Shown one piece after another: positions 33,202 through 44,849 of a stretch of DNA of 64,000 bases. Numbering within the stretch: the stretch's first letter is position 1; every line of letters starts with the position of its first letter. The stretch comes from Escherichia phage kaaroe. The stretch lies in sequence record MN850574.1; one strand, given 5' to 3'. The notes beneath the pieces were generated by a model. It searched no databases. It was not told the DNA's origin and saw only the letters and a list, made by a program, of their open reading frames with translations. A program made the position numbers and the translations under genes.

Positions 33202-34197
33202 TTAGAACTCAAACAATACAGAAACAAGTTCTGTTTGATCTAATGACCGAACGATAGGTTGTCGGTTTTCCATGTAGATCATTTCGCCTGAGTGTGGCTC
33301 TAAGTCTTGCGGTCGGTACTTATCTTTGACCGCTTTAACGTCTGGATCGCTAGGGCGTGCTTTCTTTTCCAATGGGTTAAGGATAATGCTTAACTGACGG
33401 AAACCAGTATTACCCACTAACGCGGTAGTTGGGAATTGCGCAGAGTCCATATAAGCCTGAAAACGCAAAGTTACTACTTTCAGCCGATAAAGCAGATTAT
33501 AGTCATTATACCAGGTGATCACATTGTCATAACCCCAACGCGCCGGATCTTGTCGCAGTTCATCGGGGAACGGTACAACAATATGTTCATTGGTGCAACG
33601 GTTGATCGCCGCATCAGGTGGAATTGTGTACAGATATTCCCAACGATACCCATCACCCATATCAATAGAATCGCCCTTTCCTACAGGTGGCGCAATTGAT
33701 TCATGAGTGGGGGTCCACTTTCCGCCCAACTTCAAACACTCTACTTTAGCGTCAATGCTTGAAATCGAGCAGTAACCGCGATCAGGAACATCGGTTACGC
33801 GATACACCATCCAGCCGCTACCAACATCAGTTCTGTTATATGGTGCTGAGTTGACAACAACAATGTCATTGATAAAGAATGTGCGCGGGTTATCCTGTCC
33901 GGTATCACCCCAATCTTTACGAGGGATAACCGCATCAAGAAGTGATTTGTTAATCTTAACCGCCCCCATCATATGGGTCCACATGTCAACAACACCAGCC
34001 GTTGAATCGGTCGGATAAGGTGGGGCAAAGCCCACCTCTTTTTCGTTTTCTGACCACGGCTCCGAACGTCCAAACGTTCCATAAATTGTAATTTGATTTG
34101 CCTCATCGCCTACAGAATTATAGAAATTCAGAAGTTTTTCCGTTCTGAATTTACTAGTAATGATTGAGCGATAGATCACACTATTTTCATTAGCCAT
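33202..34197 (-). CDS. 8: baseplate wedge protein gp8
   Basis: 331 aa, synteny and size. Confidence 0.85.
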   Translation of the reverse strand: MANENSVIYRSIITSKFRTEKLLNFYNSVGDEANQITIYGTFGRSEPWSENEKEVGFAPPYPTDSTAGVVDMWTHMMGAVKINKSLLDAVIPRKDWGDTGQDNPRTFFINDIVVVNSAPYNRTDVGSGWMVYRVTDVPDRGYCSISSIDAKVECLKLGGKWTPTHESIAPPVGKGDSIDMGDGYRWEYLYTIPPDAAINRCTNEHIVVPFPDELRQDPARWGYDNVITWYNDYNLLYRLKVVTLRFQAYMDSAQFPTTALVGNTGFRQLSIILNPLEKKARPSDPDVKAVKDKYRPQDLEPHSGEMIYMENRQPIVRSLDQTELVSVLFEF

Positions 34198-37100
34198 TAA
34201 TTTTCCTCTGTGTCGGATTCTTCGGATCGCGTGGATTCCCTATATTATCCTTCAACCGTTTATCTACAAGTTCACGGAACATAGAGAATGTTACCGCCGA
34301 CTGGTCAAACAGTGGACTCATTGCAAATCTTCGTTCGCTTGCTTTAAGTCCGTGGAACAATTCGCTGTTCTCCTGATCATATTCAGGAGGAACCGGAAAT
34401 TCTTCACCAATTAAAGGTGAAGTCAAATATAATGCTTTTCCGGTAAGCGGGTCTTTCTTAATGTTTCCGTCAACGTCAAGGTCTGCCACCCGATCAGGAT
34501 ACACGCTAGGCAATCCGCTGTCAAACTTATAATTTTTCAGAGATTGAATTATAGTCTCGGTGTGCTTCATGCTTAACCCGCTGTTAATGAACATTGTAAG
34601 CAGGGTAACACCGATAAACCCAAAGCCGACAGGATGAACGAATCGCATTACATCATTTGCATAGCGCGAAACTGGCAATGCACTTTTAATCTTCATGGTG
34701 TATTGGCTTCGTGAGCGGTTGATATAGTCGATTGAACTACTCAACAACTCTTTACCACGTACACCAACAAGGATCATCCCTTCAAACGCTGTTTTCTCTG
34801 ATTTGATCACTTGACCTTCTTCGAACCGCCCGATCAGGTTATGAATGGTTACTCGCCAGCGTAGGAGACCACCTTCATATTCCCTTTCAAGATACGTCAC
34901 GTTAGCCCGTCCGGTTGGAGTATAAATCGTGCGACCTACGATATCCTCGTCAATGTTCGTTGAACTAACAACAATATCATACTCTAGTCCGGCTTGTGAT
35001 TCAACCTCAATTTCCACATCTTCATTATAAAGTAACTTAAACAAGAACTTATAAGAAGCCTCCACGCCCTTAGTGGAATAAAAATCTGATTTGCGGGATT
35101 CAAAGAATCTTACTACCGCATCTCGCTTGTTTTTATCTGCATAGATGTTTCGTTTGTTCATCTCTGACCAAAGATACTCATATGCATCTTTCTCGCGTGG
35201 ATATTTGTTTTTAATCAGATTTTTTAGTTTATTATAATATGTTCCTGAACCATCGCTTAAGAATTGCAGATAATATTCAGAGAATTTTCTGAAATTTTCG
35301 TTCTCAAGTAAAAAGCTATCAGGGGTCATCTTATTCAGTAAAGGCCGCAAATCTGGATCTTGCTCTCGATCGTAGTGAACCGGAACCCAGGGAACCTCTC
35401 GAACCTGATTTTGCAATTCAGCAACAAATGCTACATTTGTAGGTTTCCAATATACACCAACCTGATCACGAACACGATAATTAAATTGATAGAATCCTAT
35501 GATCTCTCCTGTGTTTTTATGGAACATTACACCGGATGCATATTGTTTGAATCCTTCAAATTTAACATTGTTAAGATAACAGGTCACGGTCCCTTTATCA
35601 TAAACTTCTCGGTTGACCCTATTTTGGTCAAGAATGCCAGACGTATCAACTTCTTGAGTATAGATAACCTCTGGATAAACAACCAACGGGCGATTATCAT
35701 TTGTGATCCACACACGGACACCGTTTCGACGCATCCATGTATAATCAGCCTCGTTATAATACGCTTGCGGTCCTAACTCCCAAATACGCAAATCATCATA
35801 ACTTGCTCTGAAAGTAGTTTGATGTATTTTCTTATCAGTTAGATAAGTTGGCTCCTGAGAATATTTTACAGCTTCTCCCAATTCATACTTCTCGGCAGTT
35901 TCTGGATCAGGTAAAATGCTTTCGAAGTGATGATTATAATGGCTTATGAACACCTCATCACCATTGGTTGACATATTACTGAACCCATGCTGAATATATT
36001 CCCTTTCCTGCGGAGTGTTGCCAAATACTCTCTGAAAAGACAGACCATCACTCCCTATTAAGTATACACCCGCATCATCTGACGGAACAACGTTTTCTGG
36101 TTTAGTTGGATCTTGATAACGCTGTTTAACTTCACCCGTAACAAATACAAGCAATTTACCGTCGATCACATCCATTTTCTGAATGACAGCTTTATCATTT
36201 CCTGTTACTCGGATAACATCAGGATCGAATATTTTTTCTCCAAACGTAGGCGAACCCTGTACGGTATCAACAGGAGTATTCTTAAGACGAATCCGGCGAA
36301 TAACATCTTTAGCACCAACCCACAAATAGTCATCACTACACGCCATAGCTTCGGCGTATTTTGTGGTATCACCTGTTAATCTGGAAAATACACCAAAGAC
36401 CTCAACGTCAAAGCCTAAATCGTTTTCGTCACCGACCTTTGCAAAAGTGATCGTATCATCACTAAATCGAACATCGTCCGCGCTCCATCGAGTATCGCTC
36501 GCTTGTCGTCCGTAAAAGATTCGGTCATATCCTAAAACGTAAGTAGTGGTTTTAGACTGATAAACGCATGTACGGGAAACCGGATTGCCTACACGGTCAT
36601 TAAAAGCCTTGTATGCTTTCCATGATTGGCCTTTATCATTTGACACTTTCACGATCGGCTGGAACCGTTCGAAAAGGTACAAAACACCGTTCATTTCCGC
36701 TAACATAGTGCGGTTTATATCAGTACAAACTTTTTCTATGTGGTCCTGTATTTCATGAAAGTTCTCATCAACTACAATGTAGTTTGAGATATTTGTCATG
36801 TTTGCATATTCAGGACTAAAGACAAAATCTTCCTTCATCAATGATGCTTGAATCAGGTCAGTATTAAACTTGACATACTCTCGATTATCGTATGTAAATT
36901 TTTCCTTTATAAACTCGTTTGCAAGGTTGAACTCTCGCATCATAGAAAAATTATATGCGTTTGTTTTAAATGTCTGAAACTCTTCTGTCTCAACCCATTT
37001 ACTTTGTTCAAATCCTTCTGCGGCTACTGCTACACGAAACTTGTAATAATATTCTGGAAAAAGGTTTTTATCCTCAAACCAGTTTTGTTCGGCAGTATAT

Positions 37101-37276
37101 CCCAGGTTTACCCAGCTTAACTCATCGACGGGGATGATCTCCCCGTCTCGTGTTCTGGTTTCGGCTAACTCCACAAAATAAAAGAAGTTTTCGCCTACGT
37201 CATCCCATGTGATATACGCCTGATTAGCAGACAATTTTTCTATTGTCAAGCTAGTTACACTAGGCGCTTTAATCAT
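34190..37276 (-). CDS. 7: baseplate wedge initiator gp7
   Basis: 1028 aa, synteny and size. Confidence 0.9.
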   Translation of the reverse strand: MIKAPSVTSLTIEKLSANQAYITWDDVGENFFYFVELAETRTRDGEIIPVDELSWVNLGYTAEQNWFEDKNLFPEYYYKFRVAVAAEGFEQSKWVETEEFQTFKTNAYNFSMMREFNLANEFIKEKFTYDNREYVKFNTDLIQASLMKEDFVFSPEYANMTNISNYIVVDENFHEIQDHIEKVCTDINRTMLAEMNGVLYLFERFQPIVKVSNDKGQSWKAYKAFNDRVGNPVSRTCVYQSKTTTYVLGYDRIFYGRQASDTRWSADDVRFSDDTITFAKVGDENDLGFDVEVFGVFSRLTGDTTKYAEAMACSDDYLWVGAKDVIRRIRLKNTPVDTVQGSPTFGEKIFDPDVIRVTGNDKAVIQKMDVIDGKLLVFVTGEVKQRYQDPTKPENVVPSDDAGVYLIGSDGLSFQRVFGNTPQEREYIQHGFSNMSTNGDEVFISHYNHHFESILPDPETAEKYELGEAVKYSQEPTYLTDKKIHQTTFRASYDDLRIWELGPQAYYNEADYTWMRRNGVRVWITNDNRPLVVYPEVIYTQEVDTSGILDQNRVNREVYDKGTVTCYLNNVKFEGFKQYASGVMFHKNTGEIIGFYQFNYRVRDQVGVYWKPTNVAFVAELQNQVREVPWVPVHYDREQDPDLRPLLNKMTPDSFLLENENFRKFSEYYLQFLSDGSGTYYNKLKNLIKNKYPREKDAYEYLWSEMNKRNIYADKNKRDAVVRFFESRKSDFYSTKGVEASYKFLFKLLYNEDVEIEVESQAGLEYDIVVSSTNIDEDIVGRTIYTPTGRANVTYLEREYEGGLLRWRVTIHNLIGRFEEGQVIKSEKTAFEGMILVGVRGKELLSSSIDYINRSRSQYTMKIKSALPVSRYANDVMRFVHPVGFGFIGVTLLTMFINSGLSMKHTETIIQSLKNYKFDSGLPSVYPDRVADLDVDGNIKKDPLTGKALYLTSPLIGEEFPVPPEYDQENSELFHGLKASERRFAMSPLFDQSAVTFSMFRELVDKRLKDNIGNPRDPKNPTQRKING

Positions 37277-39177
37277 TGAGCAATTGCCTCCAGACTAATA
37301 GTTGTGTACTGAGGACGGAGATCGTTTTCAAACACGATCAAAGAACCGTCTTTAGTAAAGATGTTATCAGCAATCGGTTTAGCTGTCAACTCAATATATG
37401 AACCAGTAAAGCGATCGCTATTGATATTCAGTTTACCCAGATCCCATGAAATAAGGTCGTCATAATGCTGAACCTCTCCAACCTCAAAGTATAGGTCCGC
37501 CCCGTCAATAACCTCTTTATCAAAATCAGTGCCGGAATAGTGCGGTAAAGCGATTGTAGAATCAACAGGGAAAGGTCCAACCAGCAATTTAGCTAAACCG
37601 GATTCTTTGTTCATTTCTGTACTTACATAATGGATTGGATATTGCTTGTCGTCCTTTTCGAAGTTGAATGAACTAGACTTGATTCCGCTCTTATACTGGT
37701 TTAAAAACTTGATTCCAGCCATCGGTGCTTTATAGAAGTTGTCGATCTCTCGCACCATCTCGATTTCTGCACTAGAACCTATCACAGATACATCAGCTTT
37801 GTCAATACGCGCAAGCATTTTAGACTTACTAAAGGTCTGGTTAAAAATTTCCACTTCGTCGGTATAATATGCATCAATCTGATCAATAACCGCACCGCGC
37901 AACCACTGCTCTGATTCTGACAAGTCGTTGATTGAATAGGAAACTTTAATATTCTGTTTAATATACAGATAGTTAGGGTCAATGATGCTCGGCGTGATAG
38001 GGGCAAGGTTATATTTTGCCAGATAATCCCGCATATCTTCTTTTTGAACGGTTGTCAAGCGCAAGCCAGATTTAGGCTTAACAGCAACAAAAGCATAACC
38101 CGGTTTTTCTCGGTCGGTGAAACATTGTACCGCCTGAACAATACTACCAAAACGGCTAGACACAAAAGCCTCATAGTCGGAAGCAGTCACACAACGACGC
38201 TGAGATTCACGCATTACCGGAGCAAGTTCACGGATACGTTCGATTGATTCAGGATCACCACCACCATCTGCACCGACATAATCACGATCATTTGTCGGAT
38301 TCTCAATAATTTTAACAATAGAAATTGATGCCAATGTATCCGCGTATGTGAAATTAACTGAACCGTTTGCTTCCGCGCCTTTAGTGCTGATATATTCGAT
38401 AACAATATTAGCACCAGTTGACGGCTTAAGTCCACCAATATAATTTGCTTCCAGTGCACCGCCAGCGGCAGATAAAGTTGATTCACCCTCACCAAAGAAA
38501 ATTTCAGTATGTCCGTCTACGGTTTCACGCATATAGAAAATATTACTAGCGCCAGTTGCATTAACAATACTTTCTCGCGTCCAGTCTTTCCATTCAGCAC
38601 CATCTACCCACAACTTAACCTGAGCGCGGTCAATATCAGGATCGCGGATCAGAATTTGTTTCTTCGGATCAAATAACATTTCTGTACGAACAATACGACC
38701 TTGTGCGACTTTAAGCATAGGCGTATATAAACCATTTGAACCTAAAACGCTCACAACGTCTTCTGTAGTCACAAACGGGTAAGAAGTCTGGCGATCCACA
38801 CTTGCAATAAATTTAGTTCCTCGTGGGATTCGAATACTTGCCGGATTTCGCGGATGTGTTACGTGCAACATAATTGTAGTCGATGCACTAGTTTTACTTG
38901 CTGGCAAATATCCTAAATCTTGCGCGGCTTGAACAACTGAACTACGCTTAATTGCCGTTCTGATAAAAGATTCATATAGCGCGGCGTTAGCGAATTGCTG
39001 AATATACAGAGTGTTATATGCGAGCAAGTCCATCAATACGTTAATACCAGCACCATTAAAATCAAAATCTTTAAATTCTTCCTGGTTTCTCATCCAGTCT
39101 GTTAATGCGCTTTTAATTTCATCGAATGTAGCAGCATTAAAAATATCAGGAATTTGTGTAATCTTTTGCTTTGTCAT
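37273..39177 (-). CDS. 6: baseplate wedge protein gp6
   Basis: 634 aa, synteny and size. Confidence 0.9.
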   Translation of the reverse strand: MTKQKITQIPDIFNAATFDEIKSALTDWMRNQEEFKDFDFNGAGINVLMDLLAYNTLYIQQFANAALYESFIRTAIKRSSVVQAAQDLGYLPASKTSASTTIMLHVTHPRNPASIRIPRGTKFIASVDRQTSYPFVTTEDVVSVLGSNGLYTPMLKVAQGRIVRTEMLFDPKKQILIRDPDIDRAQVKLWVDGAEWKDWTRESIVNATGASNIFYMRETVDGHTEIFFGEGESTLSAAGGALEANYIGGLKPSTGANIVIEYISTKGAEANGSVNFTYADTLASISIVKIIENPTNDRDYVGADGGGDPESIERIRELAPVMRESQRRCVTASDYEAFVSSRFGSIVQAVQCFTDREKPGYAFVAVKPKSGLRLTTVQKEDMRDYLAKYNLAPITPSIIDPNYLYIKQNIKVSYSINDLSESEQWLRGAVIDQIDAYYTDEVEIFNQTFSKSKMLARIDKADVSVIGSSAEIEMVREIDNFYKAPMAGIKFLNQYKSGIKSSSFNFEKDDKQYPIHYVSTEMNKESGLAKLLVGPFPVDSTIALPHYSGTDFDKEVIDGADLYFEVGEVQHYDDLISWDLGKLNINSDRFTGSYIELTAKPIADNIFTKDGSLIVFENDLRPQYTTISLEAIAQ

Positions 39178-39467
39178 TTTATGAATACCTTCGGTGATGC
39201 CATAGCGACGGTATCGCCACAGCTAATACGATCTGCCATTTGAATTGCTTTCTTTCCGGTAACAAATACTTTCGGGGTACTGGCGACCGTAGTTCCCCCG
39301 TGTGTATCATAAGGCTTTGTTGTTTTTGTATGTGGTGTAATTGGGTCTCCTTCGACTAATACAGGGATACCCTCAACAAATACCTTAGATTGAGTTGCAT
39401 TAATTACCGTAGGTGGGTAGTTTCCGTGCCCTGTAGTTTTAGCTTTATCGTAGGATAATCCAGCCAT
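39174..39467 (-). CDS. 5.4: PAAR-like spike tip protein gp5.4
   Basis: 97 aa, position after gp5/5.1, Gly/His-rich. Confidence 0.7.
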   Translation of the reverse strand: MAGLSYDKAKTTGHGNYPPTVINATQSKVFVEGIPVLVEGDPITPHTKTTKPYDTHGGTTVASTPKVFVTGKKAIQMADRISCGDTVAMASPKVFIK

Positions 39468-40033
39468 TAAACACCCCTATGTACATAATCTCTTAGTTGC
39501 TGCGCCCACTCATCCCAATTTCCAAAAACGGTTTGAGTATAAACTTTCTCTATTGTGTGTTCGGTTACTACCGGAGGCGGATTAGTTTCACCAGCACCCT
39601 CTCGGCTATTGGAACCACCACTATTTCCTTCACCAGAACCACCAGAAGACTCTGAAACAGATTGGATATAGGTTAGGGTGACTTTATAAGTATAAACCTC
39701 CTGTAGACGTGTAGGAGCGTTAAAATAATATAGATCTGCGGTAGTTGGATCTGGTAAATCATCAAAACTTCCGGCAGATTTTTTAATTCGATCTTTCGTT
39801 ATATATTTAAGAGAATCCGCGCCAAGCGAAAAACTATCCCGATACTCACCAGATATTTTAGTTTCTTCAACGGTAACGCCCTTATTAGGGCGATACTCGC
39901 TGATCTTAAACTCTTTAATCGTGTATGTGGTATTTGCATCCGGTGGCGTTGCTTTATAAGAGAACACCACCTCAAAGATTTCTCGCTCGCTGATATCCTC
40001 CAATTTTGAACTCATCGGAAGAATTTCAACCAT
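39467..40033 (-). CDS. 5.1: gp5.1-like protein
   Basis: 188 aa, synteny. Confidence 0.55.
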   Translation of the reverse strand: MVEILPMSSKLEDISEREIFEVVFSYKATPPDANTTYTIKEFKISEYRPNKGVTVEETKISGEYRDSFSLGADSLKYITKDRIKKSAGSFDDLPDPTTADLYYFNAPTRLQEVYTYKVTLTYIQSVSESSGGSGEGNSGGSNSREGAGETNPPPVVTEHTIEKVYTQTVFGNWDEWAQQLRDYVHRGV

Positions 40034-40041
40034 TAGTTACC

Positions 40042-41841
40042 TCACCCAAGATCAATACGGCTACCATCAATTTTAACTGTACCAGATGCAATATCTTTAA
40101 CGCTTGCACCACAATTACGGGACCAGTCACCATTAACCTGATCTGATTTAGTGCCATTGACGGTCATATTAAAATTACCCTCAACGGTTAAATCATAGTT
40201 ACCTTTAATTGTTTCGGTAGTGTTGCCCTCGATCATTAATTCAGCATTACCCTTGACATTAGCCGTTAAATTAGCGTCAAGTTGAGCGGTAACATCACCT
40301 ACAACATGCATATTAGCTGTACCCTCAACGGTCTGATTAACATTACCACGAATAAATTCCGTGACGTTACCATCAACGGTTTGCATCACATTACCCATAT
40401 AATAAACTTGCGCGTCACCTTCAACAACAACTTGCAAATTACCCTTAACGTTTACTTTCCGGCCTTGTTTAACGATCAGATAATCATCGCCTTCAATCTT
40501 TTCTACCCTCGTTCCGTCCGGTCTGGTTTCTTCAAATGTACCAGAAGGATGTTTGCGATGATATCGCTCATGAGAAGGAGTATCATCAATCTCGATAATA
40601 TGACCGCTCTCTGACTCGTACACATGGTTATAAGGATACCTCGCAGAATACGAACTCTTAGGCTCTTTAAACATGATTCGTGTGTCTTGTGGGGTAAACG
40701 GTGCTTCTGGGTCTTCTTCTGCTCTCTGCGTCTTATAGGCAGCAATACGGGCATTTCTCAAACGTGCTCGCGGATCATCCGAAATTGATTCCTCTTTCTT
40801 TGGAGCAATTACGCCATATGATTCTAAGTTACCAGTTAAAATAATTTTAGAAACACGGCTGGAGCGTCCTGGAGTTTGGTTAGCCCATACCGATTGACGT
40901 AATCCATCATAGGCTTGTTTCCATTCTTCCGCTAACATCGCAGCAAGACTATTCTTAAATTTACCCAATCCTCCAACACCCATTTGAAACGCCATATTTT
41001 CTAATGCCATACGACGTGAGGCATTACATTTATTATAGACAGGTGCAATTCGTGGATGTTTGCGCATATCACGACGAGTCTTTTCTATATCGTCAGCAAA
41101 TACTTTACTAACTTCTTCGGCGGTAAGTCTTCCGTTTGTAACTTCACGCCCTACCAGCTTAGAAAGTTCATTATTGATAATACCAAGATCACTGGTTTTC
41201 TTATAAATGATCAAATGCCCGATGCCTATTGTCGGATATCCTTCTGAATCAAGATACCATTTCTCGCGATATCCCTCATCGCCCCGCAGCATTTTTTCTA
41301 TTGTAAAATCAGGATTATCATCAACCGGAATTTGGTCTAATGGCTCGTCGTCTGGATTTACTGCAACTCCAGTGTTTTCATCTCGAATATAGACACTATC
41401 AGGTTTTGTTGTTTGTCCGGTTTCTGGGTTAATACCGCCACGAGCAAGAATATTAACATCATTACCAATATAACGAGGATATGCACCAGAAGGGTCGCAA
41501 AAACCTTCTGTAGTGAGTGGTTTCTCTGTATATTGTCCGGCAATAGTACCCAGAATAACGCAGTTTAAATAACGTTCATCTAAAGCCAAACCAAATACCA
41601 TTGAACCTTCAACAATACCAGTAGGGCTTTGACCTATACCGGAGATCGCCGCGCTTGTAATATCTTGTATTGGCGTAATCCATAATAGATCTTCTGTTGG
41701 AAGACCTTGAATGTCACCGTGCGCGGATAGCGAGGGATGTATACCATGAATCCTAACCTGAACACGCCCCAGCATTAATGGGTCTTCCCTGTTTTCTACA
41801 ATTCCGGTAAACCATTTAACGGAGTTATTAAACATTAGCAT
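40042..41841 (-). CDS. 5: baseplate hub/cell-puncturing protein gp5 with lysozyme domain and C-terminal beta-helix
   Basis: EGYREKWYLDSEGYPTIGIGHLI lysozyme motif; C-terminal VxGxxxxxV repeats. Confidence 0.9.
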   Translation of the reverse strand: MLMFNNSVKWFTGIVENREDPLMLGRVQVRIHGIHPSLSAHGDIQGLPTEDLLWITPIQDITSAAISGIGQSPTGIVEGSMVFGLALDERYLNCVILGTIAGQYTEKPLTTEGFCDPSGAYPRYIGNDVNILARGGINPETGQTTKPDSVYIRDENTGVAVNPDDEPLDQIPVDDNPDFTIEKMLRGDEGYREKWYLDSEGYPTIGIGHLIIYKKTSDLGIINNELSKLVGREVTNGRLTAEEVSKVFADDIEKTRRDMRKHPRIAPVYNKCNASRRMALENMAFQMGVGGLGKFKNSLAAMLAEEWKQAYDGLRQSVWANQTPGRSSRVSKIILTGNLESYGVIAPKKEESISDDPRARLRNARIAAYKTQRAEEDPEAPFTPQDTRIMFKEPKSSYSARYPYNHVYESESGHIIEIDDTPSHERYHRKHPSGTFEETRPDGTRVEKIEGDDYLIVKQGRKVNVKGNLQVVVEGDAQVYYMGNVMQTVDGNVTEFIRGNVNQTVEGTANMHVVGDVTAQLDANLTANVKGNAELMIEGNTTETIKGNYDLTVEGNFNMTVNGTKSDQVNGDWSRNCGASVKDIASGTVKIDGSRIDLG

Positions 41842-41852
41842 AATTAATCACC

Positions 41853-42407
41853 TTACACATCAGCCTTTTCCATTTCTCGAATGAATGCGTTAATAAATTG
41901 TTTAATTTGTGTAGGATCTATGATCTTGATCTTGCGTCGTTCCTCATTGCGGAGGATCGCATCTTCCAGTGTGTCTACTGCCGATAGTGCACCTTGAAAC
42001 TGCAAATGACGATGATGAATATCCCCTTTATCATACCAATTGCTTGATCCTTTCGGATATTCGGTAAGATTCCAATACTTGTTTCCGTCAATATCAACGT
42101 GGTATAATACTTGATTTCCTCCTACGTTTGCATATCGTTGTTCGGCTGATTCATATGCTGTCTCTTGATCGGTGATCCAGTCATGGAACGGATCGTATAC
42201 GTCATTAAGCATCAGCAAGATCCAATAAAGTTGTTGGTTTCCGTATACTTCATATGCAACTTGTTCCGGTCGTGGACTACCTTGAATGTAATATGTTTGT
42301 ATGTTATAATCGGAAATTATTGCGTTGAAATATGCGCGGTAATTGCGCACAATGTCAGTAATCATCTTGCCGTTGTATTCAATGGCAGGGAAGAAAGAAA
42401 AGAGCAT
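41853..42407 (-). CDS. 53: baseplate wedge protein gp53
   Basis: 184 aa, synteny; TATAAATA on minus strand at about 42440-42447. Confidence 0.7.
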   Translation of the reverse strand: MLFSFFPAIEYNGKMITDIVRNYRAYFNAIISDYNIQTYYIQGSPRPEQVAYEVYGNQQLYWILLMLNDVYDPFHDWITDQETAYESAEQRYANVGGNQVLYHVDIDGNKYWNLTEYPKGSSNWYDKGDIHHRHLQFQGALSAVDTLEDAILRNEERRKIKIIDPTQIKQFINAFIREMEKADV

Positions 42408-42462
42408 TTTAGCACCCTCAATTGATAAATAGTATTATGTATTTATAATAAAGGGTGCTAAA

Positions 42463-42936
42463 ATGGGAGGATCTAACACTTATAAGGGCAAGTATGTTCC
42501 TGAGAATAAGGAAAAGTATAAAGGGGATATACGTAAGATCACATACCGTTCAAGCTGGGAAAGATGGATCATGCAGTGGCTAGACCGCAATCCTAGAGTT
42601 GCAAAATGGGGATCTGAGACCGTAGTAATTCCTTATGAGTCATCAACAGACGGGAAAAGACACAGATACTTTATGGATTTTTACGTTAAGTTTGATGATG
42701 GCAAGGAGCATTTATGGGAAGTTAAACCAGCTAAAGAGACAAGGCCACCGGAAAAGCCAAAAAGAATGACCGCGAAGACAAAGCAACGATATATGCATGA
42801 AGTATGGACGTACACAAAAAATACTGAAAAATGGTTAGCTGCCGTGAAATTATGCCAAAAGCATAACATGGAGTTTAAGATCATAACCGAACATGCATTA
42901 AAGAAAGTGTTTGGCTTTAAAGGGCTTAACAAATAG
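42463..42936 (+). CDS. 4: head completion nuclease gp4
   Basis: 157 aa; KGKY.PENKEKYKGD...YRSSWE...MDFYV...WEVKP pattern of the T4 gp4 family. Confidence 0.8.
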   Translation: MGGSNTYKGKYVPENKEKYKGDIRKITYRSSWERWIMQWLDRNPRVAKWGSETVVIPYESSTDGKRHRYFMDFYVKFDDGKEHLWEVKPAKETRPPEKPKRMTAKTKQRYMHEVWTYTKNTEKWLAAVKLCQKHNMEFKIITEHALKKVFGFKGLNK

Positions 42937-42947
42937 AGGATAATATT

Positions 42948-43769
42948 ATGAGCGTATTTGAAATAATCACCGAAGACGAAAAGCCGTCTCCCCAAAAACG
43001 AAAGTCTAAACAGTGGGTCGAATTGGGTGTAGAATTTGCGAAAGCAAAAGCCAAAGGAATGACAGCTAAAGCATTTGCAGATTCTAAGGGAATAGCCTAT
43101 GCGACTTTCACTAAAAGTATGTCTCGTTATGCCAGCGAAATTAAAACAGCAATAGAAGTTGAAAAACTAAAAGGGAAAAGTGCAAAGGGTCTCAATAAGC
43201 AGCAACGCGCAATGATGATGATTAATGATTTTCGTGCGTCTATGCGTGCTGTATCAAAGAGTCGTCCTAAAGAAAAATCACAGGAGTGGTTTACTAAAAC
43301 AATAAAAGCGGGAATAAAGGGACACCAGATTGTAAAACCGCAAGTAGGGCGAATCTATACATTTATGTATGATGCGAAGTATAAAGACACTTTGCCATAT
43401 TGGGATGTTTTCCCGCTGATCATTTGTCTGGGTGATTCTAAGACAAAGGCGGGTAATACTGTAATGCTGGGTCTTAACTTACACTATGTAACGCCTAAAG
43501 CCCGTCAGCAGTTTTTAGAGGCACTTTTAAAGCAATATGCATCTACTCCTACCTTGAGCAATAAAACACGCTTAAAAATCAAATGGAGCGATGTAAAAGG
43601 TATGCGTGGAAGTGATCACATGATCAAAGCATATCTACCTGGACACATTAAAACAAAACTTGTTGAGATTAGCCCGAAAGACTGGAGCAATATTATCTAT
43701 ATGCCTACATATCAGTTTATGTCAAAAGGCAAGAAATACGACGCAAGGAAAGTTTGGAAGGATACATAA
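42948..43769 (+). CDS. 2: DNA end protector protein gp2
   Basis: 273 aa, follows gp4, size matches T4 gp2. Confidence 0.75.
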   Translation: MSVFEIITEDEKPSPQKRKSKQWVELGVEFAKAKAKGMTAKAFADSKGIAYATFTKSMSRYASEIKTAIEVEKLKGKSAKGLNKQQRAMMMINDFRASMRAVSKSRPKEKSQEWFTKTIKAGIKGHQIVKPQVGRIYTFMYDAKYKDTLPYWDVFPLIICLGDSKTKAGNTVMLGLNLHYVTPKARQQFLEALLKQYASTPTLSNKTRLKIKWSDVKGMRGSDHMIKAYLPGHIKTKLVEISPKDWSNIIYMPTYQFMSKGKKYDARKVWKDT

Positions 43770-43775
43770 CATTAA

Positions 43776-43798
43776 GCCCGTCATTGACGGGCTTTTTT
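43776..43798 (+). terminator. rho-independent terminator
   Basis: hairpin GCCCGTCA-TTG-ACGGGC plus TTTTTT. Confidence 0.7.
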
Positions 43799-43799
43799 A

Positions 43800-44054
43800 T
43801 TATAGATCTATAGCATGAGCATAACCATGTAAGAAGTCTTTTAATTCTTCCTTATTGGTAACACGCTGTAAAATCTCTAATGCCTTGTCGCGATCACGTA
43901 ATGCACCTGAAAGGGATTTTATTTGATCATCCCTTTCTGCAATCTGCTTAAGCAGATCTGTATTGCATTTAGACAAATAGAGAACTTCACCCCGCAATGT
44001 TGCTAATTCGTTATCCAAACGATCATAGAGTTTTAACAAAATGTCTTCTGTCAT
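43800..44054 (-). CDS. hypothetical coiled-coil protein
   Basis: 84-aa ORF convergent with gp2. Confidence 0.45.
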   Translation of the reverse strand: MTEDILLKLYDRLDNELATLRGEVLYLSKCNTDLLKQIAERDDQIKSLSGALRDRDKALEILQRVTNKEELKDFLHGYAHAIDL

Positions 44055-44123
44055 AAGAAGTCCTCGTATAGTACCCGTTTTATTTATTACTGTATAAAAA
44101 TATAGTTATTGGTTAAAACATAA

Positions 44124-44167
44124 CCAAAACGAAGAAAGATCTTTAGAATAATAAAAATTTGTTTCGG
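44124..44167 (+). repeat. intergenic repeat copy C (CAAAACGAAGAAAGATCTTTAGAATAATAAAAATTTGTTTCGG)
   Basis: matches copies at 7884-7969 and 8050-8120; followed by two short hairpins. Confidence 0.6.
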
Positions 44168-44243
44168 TTAAAAAGTAGTCAGTGCCTACGGCACGTCGCA
44201 AAGCGACAATTGTTAATAAATATTTTCATTTGAGGAATCAGTA

Positions 44244-44834
44244 ATGTCTAATCTCTTTAACTATGCTAACCCTAGCAACTGGCAGATCAATATTCCAGAT
44301 GGACAGCTAACAAAAGGCTTTACTTTAAATGCTCAAGGTGTTACACTTCCTGCTATAACCATTCCACCGACTAAGCAAGTTGCTGGTCAATATGGTTTGG
44401 CGGTCGCTGATTATCCGTCTAGTCATGTGGAGTTTGACCCGTTGGTAGTCCGGTTTATTGTCGATGAGCATTTGGAAAGCTATCTAAACCTTTACACATG
44501 GATGCTTTCTATAGTAGACTACAATAACGGTAACTCCACTGCGTGGAAGGATTCAATGCCGGAAGCCGTTCAAGTTCACATGATGGACAACGAACGACGT
44601 AACATTGTGTGCACTTTTAACTTTTATGGTTGTTGGTGTTCACAATTGGGGGAACTTGAGTTAACATACACCGATGATATGCATGAATCTCTGGTGTGTA
44701 CTGCAATTCTTCCCTTTAAAACAATGAGCATTGAACGTGATGGTCAACTGATCGTTCCTCGCCCAGCAATTCAGGCGGCGGATCGTCAGCGGGTGGAAGG
44801 TATTAAAGCTATGCACCCTGCTTTTAGAAAGTAA
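44244..44834 (+). CDS. 3: tail completion / sheath stabilizer gp3
   Basis: 196 aa, synteny (3 next to 1 and 2/4). Confidence 0.65.
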   Translation: MSNLFNYANPSNWQINIPDGQLTKGFTLNAQGVTLPAITIPPTKQVAGQYGLAVADYPSSHVEFDPLVVRFIVDEHLESYLNLYTWMLSIVDYNNGNSTAWKDSMPEAVQVHMMDNERRNIVCTFNFYGCWCSQLGELELTYTDDMHESLVCTAILPFKTMSIERDGQLIVPRPAIQAADRQRVEGIKAMHPAFRK

Positions 44835-44849
44835 TAAGAGGCTTATATA

